Positions 8,047-18,928 of a stretch of DNA of 64,000 nucleotides are shown piece by piece. Made by a program: the position numbers and the translations under genes. The DNA is taken from positions 44,539 to 108,538 of the forward strand of contig NZ_ANBB01000055.1 in NCBI RefSeq assembly GCF_000341105.1, given 5' to 3'. The DNA is from Nocardiopsis potens DSM 45234 (GTDB lineage: Bacteria > Actinomycetota > Actinomycetes > Streptosporangiales > Streptosporangiaceae). Position 1 is the stretch's first letter. Every line of letters begins with the position of its first letter. The notes under the pieces were generated by a model. It worked only from the letters and a program-made list of their open reading frames with translations, ran no database searches and had not been told where the DNA came from.

Positions 8047-10356
8047 TCACTCCCCGTCGAAGATGGCGGGCAGGGTGGACTCGTAGGCGGTGCGCAGCTC
8101 CTGCAGCGGGATGTCGAACCCGCCGCCGGGGTGGCTCACCGACAGCGAGGAGCCGCCGACCGTGCCGATCGCCGCCGCCGGGACGCCGTGCCGGGAGCAC
8201 AGCTCCTTGAAGGCCTCCTCGGCCTCCGGGCGGACCGCGACCACCGCGCGCGCACCGGACTCGCTGAACAGCGCGGTGAACGGGTCGGCCAGGCCGCCGT
8301 CGAGGCTGATCCGGCAGCCGGTGCCGCCGCGCAGCGCCGACTCGGCCAGCGCCGCCGCCAGGCCGCCGTCGGACAGGTCGTGCGCGGCCGCCGCGACGCC
8401 GTACTCGGCGGCGGAGGCCAGCACCTCGCCCAGCGCCGCCTCGGCGGCCAGGTCCACCTCGGGCGGCAGCCCGCCCAGGTGGCCGTGGATCACGTCGGCC
8501 CAGGCCGACCCGCCGAGCTCGTCCCGGGTCTCGCCCAGAAGGTAGATCGCCGCGCCGTCGTCGGCGGCGCTGAACGCGCTGGTCAGCCGGTCGTGCACGT
8601 CGCCGATGACGCCCAGCACGCCGATCACCGGGGTCGGGTTGATCGCGGTCTCGCCGGTCTGGTTGTAGAAGCTGACGTTGCCGCCGGTGACCGGGGTGCC
8701 CAGCTGGTTGCAGGCCTCGGCCAGGCCCCGGGTGGACTCGGCGAACTGCCACATCACCGCCGGGTCCTCGGGGGAGCCGTAGTTGAGGCAGTTGGTGACG
8801 GCCAGCGGCCGGGCGCCGGTGGCGGCGACGTTCCGGTAGGCCTCGGCGAACGCGGCCCGGGTGCCGGTGTAGGGGTCGAGCCGGGTGTAGCGGCCGTTGC
8901 CGTCGGTGGCCAGCGCCACGCCCCGGTCGGAGTCGTCGGAGATCCGGATCATCCCGCCGTCGTGCGGGGCGCGCAGCACCGTGTTGCCCAGAACGTAGCT
9001 GTCGTACTGCCGGGTGATCCAGGACGGGTCGCAGACGCCGGGCGCGGCCAGCACGGTCAGCAGCTGCTCGCGCAGGGAGGCGTCGTCCTTGGGCCGGTCC
9101 AGCCGGTCCGGGGTGTCGGCCTGCAGCGCGTCCTGCTCGGCGGGGCGCGCGTAGGGGCGCTCGTAGACCGGGCCCTCGTCGGCCGCGGTGCGCGGCGGCA
9201 GGTCCACGATGGTCTCGCCGTGCCAGGTCATCACCAGCCGGCCGCCGCGCTCGGCCTCCTCCGGGGTGACGTCGGAGACCTCGCCGATCACCGCGGCCTC
9301 GATGTTCCACTTGCGGCACACGGCCAGGAAGTCGTCCAGGCGGCCGGGCTCGACCACCGCCATCATCCGCTCCTGCGACTCGCTCATCAGGATCTCCTCC
9401 GGAGTGAGCGTGGAGTCGCGCAGCGGGACCCGGTCCAGCTCGATGCGCATGCCGCCGGTGCCGCCGGCGGCCAGCTCGGTGGTGGCGCAGGAGACGCCGG
9501 CCGCGCCCAGGTCCTGGATGCCCACCACCAGGTCCTGGGCGAACAGCTCCAGGCTGCACTCGATCAGCAGCTTCTCCAGGAACGGGTCGCCGACCTGCAC
9601 GCTGGGCCGCTTGGCCTGGCTCTCCTCGTCGAAGGTGGCGCTGGCCAGTACCGACGCCCCGCCGATGCCGTCCGGGCCGGTGGTGGCGCCGAACAGCACC
9701 ACCTTGTTGCCGGGGCCGGGCGCCTGCGCCAGCTTGATGTCGGAGTGCTTCATCACGCCCACGCACAGCGCGTTGACCAGCGGGTTGCCCGCGTAGCCGG
9801 CGCCGAAGCCGACCTCGCCGCCGATGTTGGGCAGGCCCAGGCAGTTGCCGTAGAAGGAGATGCCGGAGACCACGCCGGGCAGCACCCGCCGGGTGTCCGG
9901 GGCGTCGGCCGGGCCGAAGCGCAGCGCGTCCATCACCGCCACCGGCCGGGCGCCCATGGTGAGGATGTCCCGGACGATCCCGCCGACGCCGGTGGCCGCG
10001 CCCTGGTGCGGCTCGACGTAGGAGGGGTGGTTGTGCGACTCGATCTTGAAGGTGACCGCCCGGCCCTCGCCGACGTCCACCACGCCCGCGTTCTCGCCCA
10101 TGCCGACCAGCAGCGCGTCGCTGTCCGGGGCGAGTTCGCCGAACTTCTTCAGGTGCACCCGGGAGCTCTTGTAGGAGCAGTGCTCGCTCCACATCACCGA
10201 GTAGATCGCCAGCTCGGCGGCGGTGGGCCGGCGGCCGAGGATGGTGCGGACGCGGGCGTACTCGTCGTCGGCCATCCCGAGCTCGGCGTAGGGCTGCTCG
10301 GCCTCGGGCGTGCTCTCGGCGGTGGCCACGGTGTCGATGGCGCGGGAGTGGGACAT
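8047..10356 (-). CDS. purL: Phosphoribosylformylglycinamidine synthase subunit PurL
   Basis: Strong family similarity: N-terminus [42 protein letters not shown] and the AIR-synthase-related fold repeated twice. Start taken at MSHSR (10356); the track ORF extends to 10377. Confidence 0.9.
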   Translation of the reverse strand: MSHSRAIDTVATAESTPEAEQPYAELGMADDEYARVRTILGRRPTAAELAIYSVMWSEHCSYKSSRVHLKKFGELAPDSDALLVGMGENAGVVDVGEGRAVTFKIESHNHPSYVEPHQGAATGVGGIVRDILTMGARPVAVMDALRFGPADAPDTRRVLPGVVSGISFYGNCLGLPNIGGEVGFGAGYAGNPLVNALCVGVMKHSDIKLAQAPGPGNKVVLFGATTGPDGIGGASVLASATFDEESQAKRPSVQVGDPFLEKLLIECSLELFAQDLVVGIQDLGAAGVSCATTELAAGGTGGMRIELDRVPLRDSTLTPEEILMSESQERMMAVVEPGRLDDFLAVCRKWNIEAAVIGEVSDVTPEEAERGGRLVMTWHGETIVDLPPRTAADEGPVYERPYARPAEQDALQADTPDRLDRPKDDASLREQLLTVLAAPGVCDPSWITRQYDSYVLGNTVLRAPHDGGMIRISDDSDRGVALATDGNGRYTRLDPYTGTRAAFAEAYRNVAATGARPLAVTNCLNYGSPEDPAVMWQFAESTRGLAEACNQLGTPVTGGNVSFYNQTGETAINPTPVIGVLGVIGDVHDRLTSAFSAADDGAAIYLLGETRDELGGSAWADVIHGHLGGLPPEVDLAAEAALGEVLASAAEYGVAAAAHDLSDGGLAAALAESALRGGTGCRISLDGGLADPFTALFSESGARAVVAVRPEAEEAFKELCSRHGVPAAAIGTVGGSSLSVSHPGGGFDIPLQELRTAYESTLPAIFDGE

Positions 10357-10402
10357 GCGGTTTCCGTTCGGATGCAAGGGCGGGCGAGTGGAGCGGGCGG
10401 CT

Positions 10403-10903
10403 CTAGTAGTGGGCGAGCACCACTGCGGCCGGGGTCGAGTCGTCGTGGGAGACCGGGCTGGCCATCGCCATCACGGTCCCGTCGGTGAGCACGAACTCCT
10501 CCGCCGGGACCTCGTCGGGGTCGGTGTCGGAGGAGGGGACGAGCGGCTGCCAGCCGTCGTCCAGCAGCGCGCCGCGCACCTCCTCCAGGGCGCCGGCGGC
10601 GTCCAGGTCCTCCTCCCCGACGTCCAGCCCGACGGTGCGGTAGCACTCCTCGGGCCGACCGGGGGCGACGGCGCCGCACTCCTGGTCCAGGTCGACGTAG
10701 TCGACCGGGTCCGGGGCGCCGCCCAGGGCGCCCACCGGCGGGGCGTCGCGCGGCGGCGCCGCGCTCTGCCCGCCGTCGGCCCCCTGGGGGTCGGGTGCGT
10801 TCAGCGCGTTGATCAGGCCGACCGCGCCGGTGGCGACCATCCCGACCACGACCAGGCCGACGAGGACCAGCATCGTCCGCCTGGACCGCAGCAGCGCCAT
10901 CAT
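10403..10903 (-). CDS. Hypothetical membrane-anchored/secreted acidic protein inserted between purQ and purL
   Basis: 166-aa ORF with an N-terminal TM/signal segment ([23 protein letters not shown]) and a D/E-rich C-terminal part. Start overlaps the purQ stop (ATGA). Confidence 0.5.
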   Translation of the reverse strand: MMALLRSRRTMLVLVGLVVVGMVATGAVGLINALNAPDPQGADGGQSAAPPRDAPPVGALGGAPDPVDYVDLDQECGAVAPGRPEECYRTVGLDVGEEDLDAAGALEEVRGALLDDGWQPLVPSSDTDPDEVPAEEFVLTDGTVMAMASPVSHDDSTPAAVVLAHY

Positions 10904-11604
10904 CGCGCCGACGACCCCGCGGGAACGCCGTCGGCCAGGTGGGCCAGGACCGAGGTGAAGAACCCCAGGCCGTCCTCGGAGGGGCCGGTGAGCGCTTCGA
11001 CGGCGTGCTCCGGGTGCGGCATCAGGCCGACCACGTTGCCGTGCTCGTTGGTGATCCCGGCGATGCCGCGCTCGGAGCCGTTCGGGGCCCCGCCGGTGTA
11101 GCGGACCACCACCCGGCCGGTGCGCTCCAGCTCGTCCAGGGTGTCCGGGGCGGCGGTGTAGCGGCCCTCACCGCTCTTCAGCACCACCAGGATCTCCTCG
11201 CCGGCGGTGTACCGGTTGGTCCAGGCGGTGCCGGCCGACTCCACCCGGAGCCGCTGCTCGACGTTGATGAAGTGCAGCGATTCGTTCCGGGTCAGCGCGC
11301 CCGGGAGCAGGTGGCTCTCGCAGAGGATCTGGAAGCCGTTGCAGATGCCCAGCACCGGCAGGGCCCCGGAGCGGGCGGCCGGCACCAGCTCCGTCATGAT
11401 CGGGGCGAACCGGGCGATGGCCCCGCAGCGGAGGTAGTCCCCGTAGGAGAAGCCCCCCGGGAGCACGACCGCGTCGACGCCCTTGAGGTCGGCGTCGTCG
11501 TGCCAGAGGGGGACGGGCTGAGCTCCTGCGATCCGGACGGCGCGCGCCGCGTCCTTGTCGTCGAGGGAGCCGGGGAAGGTGACGACGCCCACACGGGCTG
11601 TCAT
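10900..11604 (-). CDS. purQ: Phosphoribosylformylglycinamidine synthase subunit PurQ (glutamine amidotransferase)
   Basis: [13 protein letters not shown]... with catalytic Cys in [10 protein letters not shown] and His/Glu in [11 protein letters not shown] at 11604. Confidence 0.9.
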   Translation of the reverse strand: MTARVGVVTFPGSLDDKDAARAVRIAGAQPVPLWHDDADLKGVDAVVLPGGFSYGDYLRCGAIARFAPIMTELVPAARSGALPVLGICNGFQILCESHLLPGALTRNESLHFINVEQRLRVESAGTAWTNRYTAGEEILVVLKSGEGRYTAAPDTLDELERTGRVVVRYTGGAPNGSERGIAGITNEHGNVVGLMPHPEHAVEALTGPSEDGLGFFTSVLAHLADGVPAGSSAR

Positions 11605-11745
11605 GGGCACTCTCCGAAGTTTCGTCGGTATGAGTCGCTGGTGGCCGCGGCCGCCGCGGCCACGACCGGGTGAGGGTGGGCGGCGGGCGGAGCTCCCCCA
11701 TGAGGTTACCCGCACCGGGGGGAGCGGTGGGCCCGCCCCCCGAGG

Positions 11746-12162
11746 TCACGGGCAGGGTTCGCGCTCGGGCAGCCGTTCGCGGAGCCGGACCAGGGTGCGC
11801 CCGGTCCGGCCCGGAGGCGGGCAGTCGAGGTCGACCTCGTCCACCAGGCGGCGCATCATCGGCAGGCCGCGCCCGGACTCGGCCTCGGGGCCGGGCATCC
11901 GCGGGGCGGGGACGGCGAAGCCCGGGCCGCGGTGGGCGACGGCGATCAGGCAGTCCGCCGGGCCGAACCGGACCTCCACCCGGTAGGCGCCCCGGGAGCC
12001 GTGCTCGACGGCGTTGGTGCACGCCTCGGTGGCGGCGGTGAGCAGGCGGAATGCGCGGTCTCCGGTGATGCCCCGCTCGCTGAGGGCCCGTCCGAGGATG
12101 CGGCGCATCACCGGCAGGGAACCGGGCTCCGCGGGCAGGGCGAACGAGATTCCGTCGTCCAT
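11746..12162 (-). CDS. Anti-sigma regulatory factor / serine protein kinase (RsbW/SpoIIAB-like HATPase_c)
   Basis: N-box ATEACTNAVEHG and G2-box ESGRGLPMM. 138 aa, ATG at 12162. It sits between purS and purQ. Confidence 0.65.
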   Translation of the reverse strand: MDDGISFALPAEPGSLPVMRRILGRALSERGITGDRAFRLLTAATEACTNAVEHGSRGAYRVEVRFGPADCLIAVAHRGPGFAVPAPRMPGPEAESGRGLPMMRRLVDEVDLDCPPPGRTGRTLVRLRERLPEREPCP

Positions 12163-12262
12163 GGGGAAGTCCTCACCGTCGGCCTCACTAGAGCGATGCC
12201 CGGGGACCGGTGGACGAAACGGAGCAAATGGAGCCGAACGGGTACCGCACGCCAATCGGGCG

Positions 12263-12505
12263 CTACTCCACCCGGAGCTCGAAGTCCTCGATGACCGGGT
12301 TGGCCAGCAGCGTCTCGGCGAGGCGGCGGACGTCGGCCAGGCGGGCCTCGTCGGCCTCGCCCTCGATCTCCACCTCGAACCGCTTGCCCTGGCGGACCTG
12401 CTCGACGCCGGCGAAGCCGAGGCGCCCGCAGGCGCCCACGATCGCCTGGCCCTGGGGGTCCAGGATCTCGGGCTTGAGCATGACGTCGACGATGACGCGG
12501 GCCAC
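12263..12505 (-). CDS. purS: Phosphoribosylformylglycinamidine synthase subunit PurS
   Basis: 80 aa from GTG at 12505 (VARVIVDVMLKPEILDPQGQAI...). Classical PurS size and KPxxLDPQG motif. Confidence 0.8.
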   Translation of the reverse strand: MARVIVDVMLKPEILDPQGQAIVGACGRLGFAGVEQVRQGKRFEVEIEGEADEARLADVRRLAETLLANPVIEDFELRVE

Positions 12506-12781
12506 GGGGTCCTCCACGCTGATTTGTCCGCTGGTGCCGCGCGGGCTGCGCCGCGCGGGAAAAGCGTACGGCACCGGTGTCCGGCCCGGGGCACGGGGCG
12601 GCCCCGGTCCGCCGAGGTCAGCGCGGTCGGATCCGGCCCCGGAGCGGCCGCGGCGGAGGGTGTCCTATACCGCATCCCGGGTCACGAAACGGCGACGATA
12701 CGGGCATCGGCGGCACCGAGTGACCCTTATCACCGCCAAAGGTGTCATCATTGCGCGCTAGTCTGCGCGTCTAACAGTTCG

Positions 12782-12795
12782 ATACCGATCGGTAT
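12782..12795. promoter_or_regulatory. Perfect 14-bp palindrome ATACCGATCGGTAT about 30 bp upstream of the ECF sigma gene; candidate operator or promoter element
   Basis: Seen directly in the sequence. It is embedded in an AT-richer stretch (TAACAGTTCGATACCGATCGGTATTGAAC) immediately 5' of the sigma-factor start. Confidence 0.4.
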
Positions 12796-12825
12796 TGAAC
12801 GGCCGGTCGTCTCTAAGGGGGAGTC

Positions 12826-13422
12826 TTGACGACCATCGAACTGGACCGCACCGAGCAGCAGAACGGCGAGACCGAGACCCTGGACTTCGCGACCGCGGTC
12901 ACCCCGTACGCCGACCAGCTCTACCCCACCGCGCTGCGGATGACCCGCAACGCCGCCGACGCCGAGGACCTGGTCCAGGAGACCTTCACCAAGGCGTTCG
13001 CCAACTTCCACCAGTTCCGCGCCGGCACCAACCTGCGCGCCTGGCTGTACCGCATCCTCACCAACACGTTCATCAACGGCTACCGCAAGAAGCAGCGCGA
13101 GCCGCGCCAGGACTCCACCGACGAGATCAAGGACTGGCAGCTCGCCGCGGCCGAGGCGCACAGCTCCTCGGGTCCGCGCTCGGCCGAGGCCGAGGTCCTG
13201 GACCACATGCCCGACTCCGGCGTCCGCGCCGCGCTCGCCGCGCTGCCCGAGGAGTTCCGCATGGTCGTCTACCTGGTCGACGTCGAGGGCTACCCCTACA
13301 AGGAGGTCGCCGCGCGGATGGGCACCCCGCTGGGCACGGTGATGTCCCGGCTGCACCGGGCCCGCCGTCAGCTCCGCGAGCAGCTCGTCGACTACGCCCC
13401 CGCGCCGCGCTCCGGCGAGTGA
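12826..13422 (+). CDS. sigE: ECF (group 4) RNA polymerase sigma factor, closest in sequence to mycobacterial SigE
   Basis: Sigma-2 region [46 protein letters not shown] closely resembles M. tuberculosis SigE. Sigma-4 region [39 protein letters not shown]. No anti-sigma gene is evident immediately downstream. Confidence 0.8.
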   Translation: MTTIELDRTEQQNGETETLDFATAVTPYADQLYPTALRMTRNAADAEDLVQETFTKAFANFHQFRAGTNLRAWLYRILTNTFINGYRKKQREPRQDSTDEIKDWQLAAAEAHSSSGPRSAEAEVLDHMPDSGVRAALAALPEEFRMVVYLVDVEGYPYKEVAARMGTPLGTVMSRLHRARRQLREQLVDYAPAPRSGE

Positions 13423-13886
13423 GACCGCGCCGGCCCCTCCGGCGCCCCTCCCGCCCCTCTGCGGCACCCGGGCCGCCCCCGGCCCGCGCGACGGTCCCCT
13501 CGGGTGACCACGGGTGATCGTCGCCACCCCTTATCGTCACTCTCGGTGACTCATGGTTCGGTTCCCTGCGACCGGTCCGCGTTCGGCGCGGACCGGTCGC
13601 CGCCGTTTCCGGGGCTTTTCGGAACCGGTCATAGGACGCCCGAAATTTTCTTCGGACGGCCTTGCTGTTGCTAGGAAGTCCTGGTAGTTGCGGTTTTTCC
13701 GGGGTCGTGGATCATGGGGCCCCAGGCGAAAAGGCGGCGCCGGGGCTTGCGCTGGGCGTGGTGAGTTCTGTCACGATATGCGGAGGGCTGCCCGCCAAGA
13801 CCCGTTACCCCGGGTGAGCGGGTGGAGGATCGGCCGATCAGCGCTCACCCTCGCGACGTCGGCCCCGAGAACCCGAGGAGCGACAG

Positions 13887-15002
13887 GTGTCGGACAACAC
13901 CGCGCATGAGGAACCGGAGCTCGTCCAGCTCCTGACCCCGGAAGGGGAGCTGCGGACGCACCCCGACTACCCCTTCGAGATCAGCGGCGAGGAGGCGCGC
14001 GGGCTCTACCGGGACATGGTCCTGGTCCGGCGCTTCGACTCCGAGGCGGTGGCGCTGCAGCGCCAGGGCGAACTCGGGCTGTGGGCCTCGCTGCTCGGCC
14101 AGGAGGCGGCCCAGATCGGATCGGGCCGGGCGCTGCGCGACGGCGACATGGCCTTCCCCTCCTACCGCGAGCACGGCGTCGCCTGGTGCCGCGAGGTCCC
14201 CCCGCGGGAGCTGCTGGGCATGTTCCGCGGCGTCACCAACGGCGGCTGGGACCCCAACGAGCACCGGCTGCACCTGTACACGATCGTCATCGGCAGCCAG
14301 GCGCTGCACGCCACCGGCTACGCCATGGGCGTCCAGCGCGACGGCGCGGTCGGCGAGGACGGAGAGGCGGTCATCTCCTACTTCGGCGACGGCGCCACCA
14401 GCCAGGGCGACACCAACGAGGCGTTCAACTACGCCGCGGTCAACAACGCGCCGGTCGTGTTCTTCTGCCAGAACAACCAGTGGGCCATCTCCGAGCCGCT
14501 GGAGCGCCAGTCCCGGGTGCCGATCTACCGGCGCGCCGCCGGCTTCGGCTTCCCCGGCATCCGCATCGACGGCAACGACGTCTTCGCCTCGCTGGCGGTC
14601 ACCCGCGCCGCGCTGGACGGCGCCCGCGAGGGCCAGGGGCCGACGCTGATCGAGGCGTTCACCTACCGGATGGGCGCGCACACCACCAACGACGACCCGA
14701 GCCGCTACCGGGCCTCCGCCGAGCTGGAGGAGTGGAAGCGCAAGGACCCGATCTCCCGGCTCCGCGCCTACCTGGAGAAGCAGGGCCTGGCCGGCGAGGA
14801 CTTCTTCGCCGGCGTCGAGGCCGAGGCCGACGCGCTCGGCGAGCGGGTCCGCCGCGAATGCCGCGAGCTGCCCGACCCCGCCCCGCTGGAGATCTTCGAC
14901 GAGGTCTACGCGGAGCCGCACACCGGACTGGACCGCCAGCGGGCGGAGTTCGCCGACTACCTCGCGTCCTTCGAGGGCGCCGGTGCCGAAGGGGGCCGCT
15001 GA
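13887..15002 (+). CDS. bkdA: 2-oxoisovalerate/pyruvate dehydrogenase E1 component alpha subunit (TPP dependent)
   Basis: GTG at 13887 follows GAGGAG. TPP-binding motif GDGATSQGDTNEAFNYAAV. E1-alpha family. Confidence 0.85.
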   Translation: MSDNTAHEEPELVQLLTPEGELRTHPDYPFEISGEEARGLYRDMVLVRRFDSEAVALQRQGELGLWASLLGQEAAQIGSGRALRDGDMAFPSYREHGVAWCREVPPRELLGMFRGVTNGGWDPNEHRLHLYTIVIGSQALHATGYAMGVQRDGAVGEDGEAVISYFGDGATSQGDTNEAFNYAAVNNAPVVFFCQNNQWAISEPLERQSRVPIYRRAAGFGFPGIRIDGNDVFASLAVTRAALDGAREGQGPTLIEAFTYRMGAHTTNDDPSRYRASAELEEWKRKDPISRLRAYLEKQGLAGEDFFAGVEAEADALGERVRRECRELPDPAPLEIFDEVYAEPHTGLDRQRAEFADYLASFEGAGAEGGR

Positions 15003-15005
15003 GCG

Positions 15006-15983
15006 ATGACCGACCTCACCATTGGCAAGGCCATCAACGCGGGCCTGCGCCGGGCGATGGAGAACGACCCCAAGGTGCTGGTGATGGGGGAGGACGTGGG
15101 CCGGCTCGGCGGTGTCTTCCGCGTCACCGACCAGCTGCACAAGGACTTCGGTGCGGAGCGGGTCATCGACACCCCGCTGGCCGAGTCCGGCATCGTCGGC
15201 ACCGCCATCGGCCTGGCGCTCCGCGGCTACCGGCCGGTCTGCGAGATCCAGTTCGACGGCTTCTTCTTCCCGGCCGCCAACCAGACCTTCACCCAGCTGG
15301 CCAAGATGCGCCGCCGCTCGGCGGGCACCCTGAGCATGCCGGTCGTGCTGCGCATCCCCTACGGCGGCGGGATCGGCGCGGTCGAGCACCACAGCGAGTC
15401 GCCGGAGGCCTACTTCGCGCACACCGCCGGGCTGCGGGTGGTCACCGTCGCCAACGCGGTGGACGCCTACTGGATGATCCAGCAGGCCATCACCTCCGAC
15501 GACCCGGTGGTCTTCCTGGAGCCCAAGCGGCGCTACTACGAGAAGGCGGCGGTGGACACCTCGGCGTCCCCGGAGTCCGCCGAGCCGATGGGGGCGGCCC
15601 GCATCGCCCGCCCCGGCACCGACGCCACCCTGATCGCCTACGGCCCGATGGTGAAGACCGCGCTGCAGGCGGCCGAGGCCGACGAGGACCACTCCATCGA
15701 GGTGATCGACCTGCGGTCGATCTCCCCGGTCGACTACGACACCGTCACCGCCTCGGTGCGCCGCACCGGGCGGGTGGTCATCACGCACGAGGCGCCGGTC
15801 GGCAACGGCGTCGGCGCGGAGATCGCCGCGCGGATCACCGAGGACTGCTTCTACCACCTGGAGGCCCCGGTGATCCGGGTCGGCGCGTTCGACACGCCCT
15901 ACCCGCAGTCCAGGCTGGAGGAGCACTACCTGCCCGACCTGGACCGGGTTCTGGACGGCGTCGACCGAGCGTTCGCGTACTGA
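15006..15983 (+). CDS. bkdB: 2-oxoacid dehydrogenase E1 component beta subunit
   Basis: Transketolase-like pyrimidine-binding and C-terminal domains ([29 protein letters not shown]...). 4-nt gap after the alpha-subunit gene. Confidence 0.9.
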   Translation: MTDLTIGKAINAGLRRAMENDPKVLVMGEDVGRLGGVFRVTDQLHKDFGAERVIDTPLAESGIVGTAIGLALRGYRPVCEIQFDGFFFPAANQTFTQLAKMRRRSAGTLSMPVVLRIPYGGGIGAVEHHSESPEAYFAHTAGLRVVTVANAVDAYWMIQQAITSDDPVVFLEPKRRYYEKAAVDTSASPESAEPMGAARIARPGTDATLIAYGPMVKTALQAAEADEDHSIEVIDLRSISPVDYDTVTASVRRTGRVVITHEAPVGNGVGAEIAARITEDCFYHLEAPVIRVGAFDTPYPQSRLEEHYLPDLDRVLDGVDRAFAY

Positions 15984-16002
15984 TCAGGGAGTCGGAGAAG
16001 AC

Positions 16003-17406
16003 ATGGCCAACAGTGGAGTCCAGCGTTTCCGGCTGCCCGACGTCGGTGAGGGGCTGGTCGACGCCGAGATCCTCCAGTGGTACGTCAAGCCGGGCGACCG
16101 GGTCGAGGTCAACCAGATGATCTGCGAGATCGAGACCGCCAAGGCCGCCGTGGAGCTGCCCAGCCCGTTCGCCGGCACCGTCACCGAGCTGCTGGTGGAG
16201 GAGGGGGCCACGGTCGACGTGGGCACCCCGATCATCGCGGTGGACGACGGCACCGGCGGCGACGGCTCCGGGGACGGGGCCGCCGAGGAGACCGAGGAGC
16301 GGGAGAAGCCGCTGGTCGGCTACGGCGAGAAGGCGGCGTCCACGCAGCGCCGCCCGCGCCGCCGGCCGGCCCCGGCCGCGGCGGCCGCCAACGGCGGCGC
16401 CGCCGCCCCGCCCGCCGAGCCCGCCCCCGAGCCGGCCCCGGCCCCCGCCCCGGCGGTGCCGGAGCAGGCGTCCCCGGCCGGCCCGGTGCTCACCAAGCCC
16501 CCGGTGCGCAAGCTCGCCAAGGACCTCGGCGTCGACCTGCGCACGGTCACCCCGACCGGCGAGGGCGGCCTGGTCACCCGGGAGGACGTGCGCCGCGCCG
16601 CCGAAGGGGAGCCCGCCGGGGCGGCCCCGGCCCCCGAGGTCGCGGCCGAGGCCCCGGCCGCGGCCGCGGCGGCTCCGGCGGCCCCGGCCGCCGACCGGTC
16701 GGCGCTGGAGGAGCGCATCCCGATCAAGGGGGTGCGCAAGCGCACCGCGGCGGCGATGGTGTCCAGCGCCTTCACCGCCCCGCACGTCACCGAGTTCCTG
16801 CAGGTGGACGTCACCAAGACGATGAAGGCGGTGCGCCGGCTGCGCGAGCGGCCGGAGTTCGCCGGGGTCAAGGTGTCCCCGCTGCTGCTGGTGGCGCGGG
16901 CGCTGCTCACCGCGGTGCGCCGGCACCCGGAGATCAACGCGGCCTGGGACGAGCAGGCGCAGGAGATCGTGGTCAAGCGCTACGTGAACCTGGGCATCGC
17001 CGCGGCCACCGACCGCGGCCTGGTCGTGCCGAACGTCAAGGACGCGCACGCCAAGCCGCTGCCGGAGCTGGCGAAGGGCCTGCAGGAGCTGACCGAGACG
17101 GCGCGGGCCGGGAAGACGACCCCGGCCGACATGACCGGCGGCACCATCACCGTCACCAACGTGGGCGTCTTCGGCGTGGACGCGGGCACCCCCATCCTCA
17201 ACCCGGGGGAGGCGGCCATCCTGGCCTTCGGCCAGATCCGCGACATGCCCTGGGCGCACAAGGGGGAGCTCAAGCTGCGCAAGGTGACCACCCTGTCGCT
17301 CTCCTTCGACCACCGGCTGGTCGACGGCGAGCTGGGCTCGAAGGTCCTCCGCGACGTCGGGGCCTTCCTCGAGGACCCGGAGGGGACCGCCCTCAGCTGG
17401 GGCTGA
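16003..17406 (+). CDS. bkdC: Dihydrolipoamide acyltransferase E2 component (lipoyl domain, Ala/Pro linkers, catalytic domain)
   Basis: Lipoyl-lysine motif [16 protein letters not shown], Ala/Pro-rich linkers, and catalytic DHRLVDG motif near the C-terminus. Confidence 0.9.
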   Translation: MANSGVQRFRLPDVGEGLVDAEILQWYVKPGDRVEVNQMICEIETAKAAVELPSPFAGTVTELLVEEGATVDVGTPIIAVDDGTGGDGSGDGAAEETEEREKPLVGYGEKAASTQRRPRRRPAPAAAAANGGAAAPPAEPAPEPAPAPAPAVPEQASPAGPVLTKPPVRKLAKDLGVDLRTVTPTGEGGLVTREDVRRAAEGEPAGAAPAPEVAAEAPAAAAAAPAAPAADRSALEERIPIKGVRKRTAAAMVSSAFTAPHVTEFLQVDVTKTMKAVRRLRERPEFAGVKVSPLLLVARALLTAVRRHPEINAAWDEQAQEIVVKRYVNLGIAAATDRGLVVPNVKDAHAKPLPELAKGLQELTETARAGKTTPADMTGGTITVTNVGVFGVDAGTPILNPGEAAILAFGQIRDMPWAHKGELKLRKVTTLSLSFDHRLVDGELGSKVLRDVGAFLEDPEGTALSWG

Positions 17407-17428
17407 CCCCTTCCCGCCCGCCGAGAAC

Positions 17429-17463
17429 GGGGCCCCGGACCGGCACCGACCGGCCCGGGGCCC
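17429..17463. terminator. GC-rich hairpin between convergent bkdC and PhzF-like genes (putative intrinsic terminator, no U-tract)
   Basis: GGGGCCCCGGACCGGCACCGACCGGCCCGGGGCCC: stem GGGGCCCCGG / CCGGGGCCC with a short loop, immediately after the E2 stop codon. Confidence 0.4.
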
Positions 17464-17600
17464 TTCGCGTCCGGCCCAGGGCCCGGCCCGCCGCCGCGCT
17501 CCGGCGGCCGGGACCGCCGCCCCTGCGGTCTGACGCGGCCCGTCCCCGGGATCCGGGAGAGGCGGCCGGGCCTCCGGCCCGCGGACCGCCCCGGGGCGGC

Positions 17601-18329
17601 TCAGGCCTCGACGGTGCGGGTCTCCACCGGGACGACCCGGCCGCCCACCTCGACGGTGCCGCCGGGGCCCGGCCGGGTGCGGATCAGCGAGGCGCGGCCC
17701 TGGTGGACGTCGAGCGGGCGGCCCAGCTCGGCGGTGAGCACGATGGCCGCGGCGCCGGTGGCCTCGTCCTCGGCGACGCCGCCGGGGCGGCGCGGGAAAC
17801 CGCGGGCGCGCACCCGGCCGGCCGGCTCGTCCAGCCATGCCCACGCGTACAGCCAGCCGTCGCCCTCCGGCGGGCCGTCCAGCGCCTCCAGCTCCGCCAC
17901 CGAGCCGAACCGCTCGGTGCGCCGCCCCGCCGCCCACTCCGGGCGGGCCCGGATCCAGCCGGTGCCCTCCGCGCCGCCGTCCTCCCAGGCGGACACCGGC
18001 CCGGCCTCGGTGACCAGGCCCTCCACCGGGAGGCCGGTGCGGCGCAGCAGCCAGGCGGCCCCGATCAGCGGGTGCCCGGCGAACGGCAGCCGGGCGCCGG
18101 GGGCGTAGATGTCCACCGCCCCCGATCCCGGGTCGTCGATGAACACGGTCTCGCTGAAGCCGAGCCGGTCGGCGAGGGCCTGGCGGCGCGCCCGGTCCGG
18201 CACGGCCGCGCCGTCCGGGACGATGCCGAGCGGGTTGCCGCCGGTCCCGCCATCGCCGCAGAAGACGCGCACGACGTGCAGCTCAATGGCGGTCTCAGAG
18301 ATGCTCTTCGGATTCACGGGTAGATTCAA
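17601..18329 (-). CDS. PhzF-family phenazine-biosynthesis-like isomerase/epimerase
   Basis: Family-typical N-terminal segment VRVFCGDGGTGGNPLGIV and overall DAP-epimerase-like fold. The true start may lie at a downstream GTG/TTG. Confidence 0.65.
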   Translation of the reverse strand: MNLPVNPKSISETAIELHVVRVFCGDGGTGGNPLGIVPDGAAVPDRARRQALADRLGFSETVFIDDPGSGAVDIYAPGARLPFAGHPLIGAAWLLRRTGLPVEGLVTEAGPVSAWEDGGAEGTGWIRARPEWAAGRRTERFGSVAELEALDGPPEGDGWLYAWAWLDEPAGRVRARGFPRRPGGVAEDEATGAAAIVLTAELGRPLDVHQGRASLIRTRPGPGGTVEVGGRVVPVETRTVEA

Positions 18330-18451
18330 CCAGCTTCCCTCGGCCCGGTTGAAATGTCCGTCTCCGGCCGCGCCGGAGGGGTGCCCCCGGCCGCGCGGGG
18401 TGGTATACGACGCGGTAAGGCCACCGAAACCCGCGAAGGGAGCACCCCCGG

Positions 18452-18760
18452 GTGACCATCGTCGACTTTCTCAGCGCGCGCCTGGACGAGGACGAGCGGG
18501 CCGCGCACGCCGCCTCGCCCGGAACCGGCGGACCCGGCCGGGCCCGCGCCGACGTCGCGGCCAAGAGGCGGATCGTCAACGAGTACGTCCGGGCCCACCG
18601 GGAGCAGATGAGCGCGGTCGCCGGTGCGAGCGGCAGCCGGGGCGGAACCCCCGGAACCCCCGAGGCATGGGGCGCGCTGCACGCCTGGCGGAAGGCGGTG
18701 GAGCACCTCGCCGCGGCCTACGCGGGCCACCCGGACTACGACCGCTCCTGGGCGGTGTGA
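18452..18760 (+). CDS. DUF6221-family protein (actinobacterial, unknown function)
   Basis: N-terminus MTIVDFLSARLDEDERAAHAA... and C-terminal WRKAVEHLAAAYAGHPDYD match the conserved Streptomyces DUF6221 pattern. Confidence 0.65.
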   Translation: MTIVDFLSARLDEDERAAHAASPGTGGPGRARADVAAKRRIVNEYVRAHREQMSAVAGASGSRGGTPGTPEAWGALHAWRKAVEHLAAAYAGHPDYDRSWAV

Positions 18761-18928
18761 CGCCCGGAGCCGTGACGTCCGGGGCGGGTAACCGCCCGGT
18801 GCGGAGTCGGTCAAGGGGCGCGGCGGGGGCCGCCGGGGGAGCGGGGCCGTGAATAGCGTGCGCAGCGGGTCGCCGGTCCGGAACGGCGACGGCCCGGGGC
18901 GCCCGGCCCCGGGCGGTAAGGAGGGCCC

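Noticed and set aside
13423-13886. Anti-sigma factor (RseA-like) gene downstream of the SigE-like sigma
   Set aside because: No ORF with an HxxxCxxC zinc-finger or transmembrane anti-sigma character, and no coding-like codon bias, was found in any frame of this 460-bp region.
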